Assembly (NCBI GenBank): GCA_050575255.1
Contig: JBNZDD010013726.1
Coordinates: 7,888,236 to 7,952,235, forward strand
Reading direction: 5' to 3'
Length of the DNA: 64,000 nucleotides
Source of the DNA: Harriotta raleighana
Taxonomy: Eukaryota
Under the pieces are notes generated by a model, which was not told the DNA's origin, did no database searches, and saw nothing but the letters and a program-made list of their open reading frames with translations. The position numbers and the translations under genes are program-made. Each line of letters starts with the position of its first letter. Position 1 is the first letter of the stretch. Shown in pieces: positions 59,978 through 64,000 of the stretch.

Positions 59978-62339
59978 TTCAATCCATATGTTTTCATACT
60001 CTACCTTGTGCTGCATAAAATGGGATATCACATTTCATGCATCAGATCTGTATTATTTTGTTTGTGCACCATTGTACAGTGCTTATAGTGTGATCTATGA
60101 AGCATCCATCTGGTACAACAGTTAATGTGGCAGATACAATCTCTACTTCAGCCTGTCTTCAAACTCTAAACTCTATTAATACAATGCTTCGATGAAGTAG
60201 TAGTACATTTAAAAGAATGGCTAGATGATGCATGACTCAAATGTTTAACCATTTTCGACTGTTTTGAAAAGATACCAATACCTTTGCTCTTCTCCAATTC
60301 AAAAATAGCCGATAAGGCATTATTTAATTGAAAAACAGAGCAAGTTAGACATTAGATACTTAAGTTTAGGCAGCTTGTATAAAATATTACATCTGTTTCT
60401 TCTAGTAATAATCTTCAGTGCTTTATATTAATTTTTTGGGTTGGATTCTGTATTAATCATCTACTTTTTCATAGGTAAATACTTATGGATTCCACTGAAC
60501 AAATAGCAAATTGTACATTCTGATTATATATATATATTATTCAATACTGCTGTACAGCATTTTTGTCAATCATATAGTTTTATGGAAGGTATAAGAATTT
60601 TTTTGACATGTTTTTCTAAATTCAAATTACATGCATTTAATATATTTCCTGGCTAGGACAAAATTGTTGTGGGCTAATTTATTGGTGGGAGAACCTCGTG
60701 TTTGAATGATTGACAAGTTCATTATTCTTGTCTCCTAAGTACGTTTACTGTAACAGCCTGCTACCTCTAGTTACCTCACACATTTAATTTACTTAAGCAA
60801 AAGATAAGGAAAAGAAGAAATGAACACTAACTCTTATGTATTTAATGCTGATTCTTCCCCCGACATTTAGGGTCATAACTCAAATATTGTAGAAGCAAAT
60901 AATTCGCTGGAACAGCAAATTATTTAAATCAAATTGTGAGAAATGTAAAATAACATCATGTGTAAAAGATAAATGTTGGACCATCAGGTTTTCAGCCACT
61001 AAGCTGATGTCTGGAATTCCTTCCCAAAATCTATCCTCTCTGCATATCATCTAAGCCATTTTTTGTCTATGCCTTCACATATTTTCCTCTTACCCTCTCT
61101 TCTTTCTGTCTTGCTTGGAGATTTACAATCCCTGGAAAGTGTTTTATGACAATTTGTTATGTGAAAGATGGTACTGTATATAAGTGTAAGTTTTTGTTGT
61201 TAGCATTCGTATTATTTTAGTGTTTGAAGTTCGGTAGTGTTCATCCATTTGACCAACTGCTGAAACATGGCTTCACGGATAATCTTCGATCTGACAGAGG
61301 GAATGATTTCAGTTGCTTATTAAGATGAACCAATTTTCCACCTTGCACTCTTCTAACTACTGTAGTGTTTACATGTTGGTCACATTGATGGCTTCTCTGA
61401 GTTAATATATTCCATCTTTGGAGTCTTTAGCTGTGAGAAGAAAAATGAAAGAAAACGCACAGAACAATTTTGTGCCCTATGCATAGATTGCAGGATTTTT
61501 TTCTTCAGTTCTGTTTTGCTTATTGCTTACTGGATGCATTTTTTGAGGACTTTCAGTGATAATTTTCTCAGAATCCAGCGATATTTGGAAACAGTTCATT
61601 AAATAAAATTTTCTAACTGTGCATGGTTGCATTTCCTGCCAGAACATTGGCAGCATTAATTATTTGATAAGGATGCAGTGTATAAGTGATCTGTTAATTA
61701 GGCAAATAAGACCTTTAATAAGAAAACCATTGCAGTGACTGAAAGGATCTTACCCAGCCGATTAATATTTAATTGTCTCTAACTCATGAACTAGGAAAGT
61801 TTAAATCAGTCTTGATCTTATTGGAAGAATGTAATCAAATGATAAACCAAGCTCAATTTAATTTTGGTTACCAATACAAACCTATAAATCCTGACCCCTG
61901 AGATCACCTTTCATGTTTTACTTTTCTCTTCTTTGAAATGGAATGGTCAAAACAAATTGTGCCAACTTATGACATGGAGATGTGTCACATTTATGCCATT
62001 AATCCAATCGTACTTTTAAAGCCCTTTTTATTATTAAAAACACAAGCTTTCAAAATTCCCTCTCCGATTCTCTTGTCCATCACACTGACTTTATACTGGT
62101 CAAACAATAAATGTGGCCTAACAGCAAAGTGTCAATTGGAGAACTTGCTCTCTACAACCGTTAAAAACTAGCCATGAACTGGTTTTTGTAGTGCACTGTG
62201 CTTGTGTTTGCTATCATATAGGTTTAGAGCCCCAATTTCTTTGCAGTCAACCTGAGGTCAAGCGCAATGTAATAACGGCAGTAACCCAACTCACATTGTT
62301 CCACTATAGACACCTTGGCAAACCTGTGCCTGCAGTATA

Positions 62340-62690
62340 AACACTTCAGTCTTCATAAACAGAAGTTCTGCATTATCAGAGGCATCGTCCCTCAAATGAA
62401 ATGTTAATCCGAGTTTCGCGTCTGCTGGTTCAGTGGACAGTAAAGATTCCATGACGCTATCTGAAAACCAAAGGGAGATACTTCCAATGTGCTGGTCAAC
62501 AAGATTAAAACAAATTAAATCATTCACTTATGGCTATTTGTGGTACATTGCTATTTGTAACTTGGCTGATGCTTTTCCTGATAAATGCACACACATCACA
62601 TAGAATTGTTACTTTACTGTAAAACACTATGCAGCAGTTTGAGATGTTTCAATGACATGATAGTATTTATATTAACTGCAAAGATTATAT
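62340..62690 (+). mobile_element. DeuSINE-like element (Deu domain plus L2-type tail)
   Basis: tcagaggcatcgtccctcaaatgaaatgttaatccgag..gtctgc..tcagtggacagtaaagattccatgacgctatctgaa matches the Deu domain (ggaggtgccgtctttcggatgagacgttaaaccgagg..ggacgtaaaagatcccatggcactatt) as I recall it. Confidence 0.72.
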
Positions 62691-63429
62691 CAAATGAATT
62701 CATTTGATGAACAGAAGACACTTGAAAAGAAGAACATTGCAAAAGAGAGAATCCTTTAAAACTGCTGAATTGACAGATAAAACACTATGACACAACAAAT
62801 AAAGGCAGATGGTAAATGTGAATACATTCAGGGCAATTTTCAGTCTGCATGATTCATTTTAAAAATAATATTCTCCTGCAAGAAGATAATTACAAGTCTG
62901 TTTTCTCTGTGAATCTATGCTTTGCTTTTTGATTATAAGGGCCTACTATGACATTGCAAATAAGACTTTTCTAGGAGAAAAGTGTAGGTTCAGAAAAATA
63001 TGTTGAAATCCACATTACGACTTTGCCTCCATATTACAGTTATCTGACAGCACGTCTCAGACGATACCTATCAGATTTAGCTGAAGATTAAAGACAAGAA
63101 GCAATCTTAGATTTGGGTGGACTTTTTCTGTCAAGGATGTTCTACAATAATCTGAATACCACTGTAAAATGTTTGCCACAAAACACAATTGTTTCACATC
63201 TGTGGTAAACAGCACGATGCAAAAATGAATGGTGGCTTTTCTTTGAATAGAATTACATTTCCTATGTATTACCATTGTTTCAGACAAAGAAGAATCAAAC
63301 ATATTGGAGCAAAGCACTTTCACTCAAATAATAAAACTTAGTTAATGTTTAATCAAACTGGGGAAAAACTGCTACCATGAAAGAAAATCATACTGACAAA
63401 GGGCTAACATTTTTTATTTTATTTATTTA

Positions 63430-63474
63430 TATATTATATTTATATAGCGCCTTTCACGTCAGGAGGACGTCCCA
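63430..63474 (-). mobile_element. L2 3'-tail-only copy
   Basis: tatatagcgcctttcacgtcaggaggacgtccc. Confidence 0.7.
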
Positions 63475-64000
63475 TTAGAGGCTTTGGTATGTTGAAACTA
63501 AAAACTGGATGCACATATGATATATTTCATGATTGGGATTGAATTTATTAAAGAAGATGTTGAAAAGGATATGAGTGTTGAACAACAAAAGAGTACTTAC
63601 ACAGAGGCACTATGAGGAATACCTAATGAAACTAAGTTCCCAAAAGGAATTTAGAGGTCTATAAGATGCTTAATGGGGTAAGACAACTGCTATTAAGTTT
63701 GGCAATTATTTTTAAGGGTTTTTCACATTACAAATCACATTGAGTTGTGATTTTTAAAACTTTATGTATGCATGTCAGTTTACAACATGTGCATTTAGAA
63801 ATATTTACTGTATACGCTATCAAGCACTATTTCTAAATATTTAGAACAGATCCTCTGTGGTTATAAAGCTATCAAATGCTAATCATAATCAACATTATTT
63901 TTTATGGTTTTATTCAATGCTTGTGCACTGTATGCATTCCTGAATGTTTTATGTAAAATTATGGGGCCATATTTAGGAAATGTGTCATAATATTTTTCTA

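Noticed and set aside
62181-62200. Perfect RSS nonamer (GGTTTTTGT) and heptamer (CACTGTG) in correct orientation near a V(D)J gene
   Set aside because: The spacer is only 4 bp rather than 12 or 23, no heptamer sits at a valid spacing, and no V/D/J segment is adjacent. Treated as chance.

Overview
This is AT-rich vertebrate genomic DNA, not prokaryotic. The repeat content (CR1 and L2 LINE fragments, tRNA-derived SINEs with L2-type tails, DeuSINE-like and LF-SINE-like remnants) suggests a cartilaginous fish, possibly a holocephalan such as the elephant shark; this is inference. The only well-supported gene is DNTT (terminal deoxynucleotidyl transferase, X-family polymerase) on the + strand. Nine GT-AG coding exons equivalent to human exons 3-11 span 227-47442 and splice in frame to 1191 nt (396 aa plus stop), ending ...[10 protein letters not shown]. 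Exons 1-2 (BRCT domain) lie upstream of the window. The catalytic Asp triad is intact, but several normally conserved positions differ and exon 9 carries an 18-aa longer loop than human. The rest is intronic or intergenic sequence with many retroposon fragments, one 881-N gap inside a CR1 element, and several single-N contig junctions with artefactual duplications. I found no convincing wholly new biological system. The best leads are the divergent TdT residues, inverted repeat pairs around DNTT exons, ancient SINE remnants, and young tail-only L2 copies. Comparisons to human/mouse TdT and to repeat consensus sequences are from memory and need alignment to confirm.
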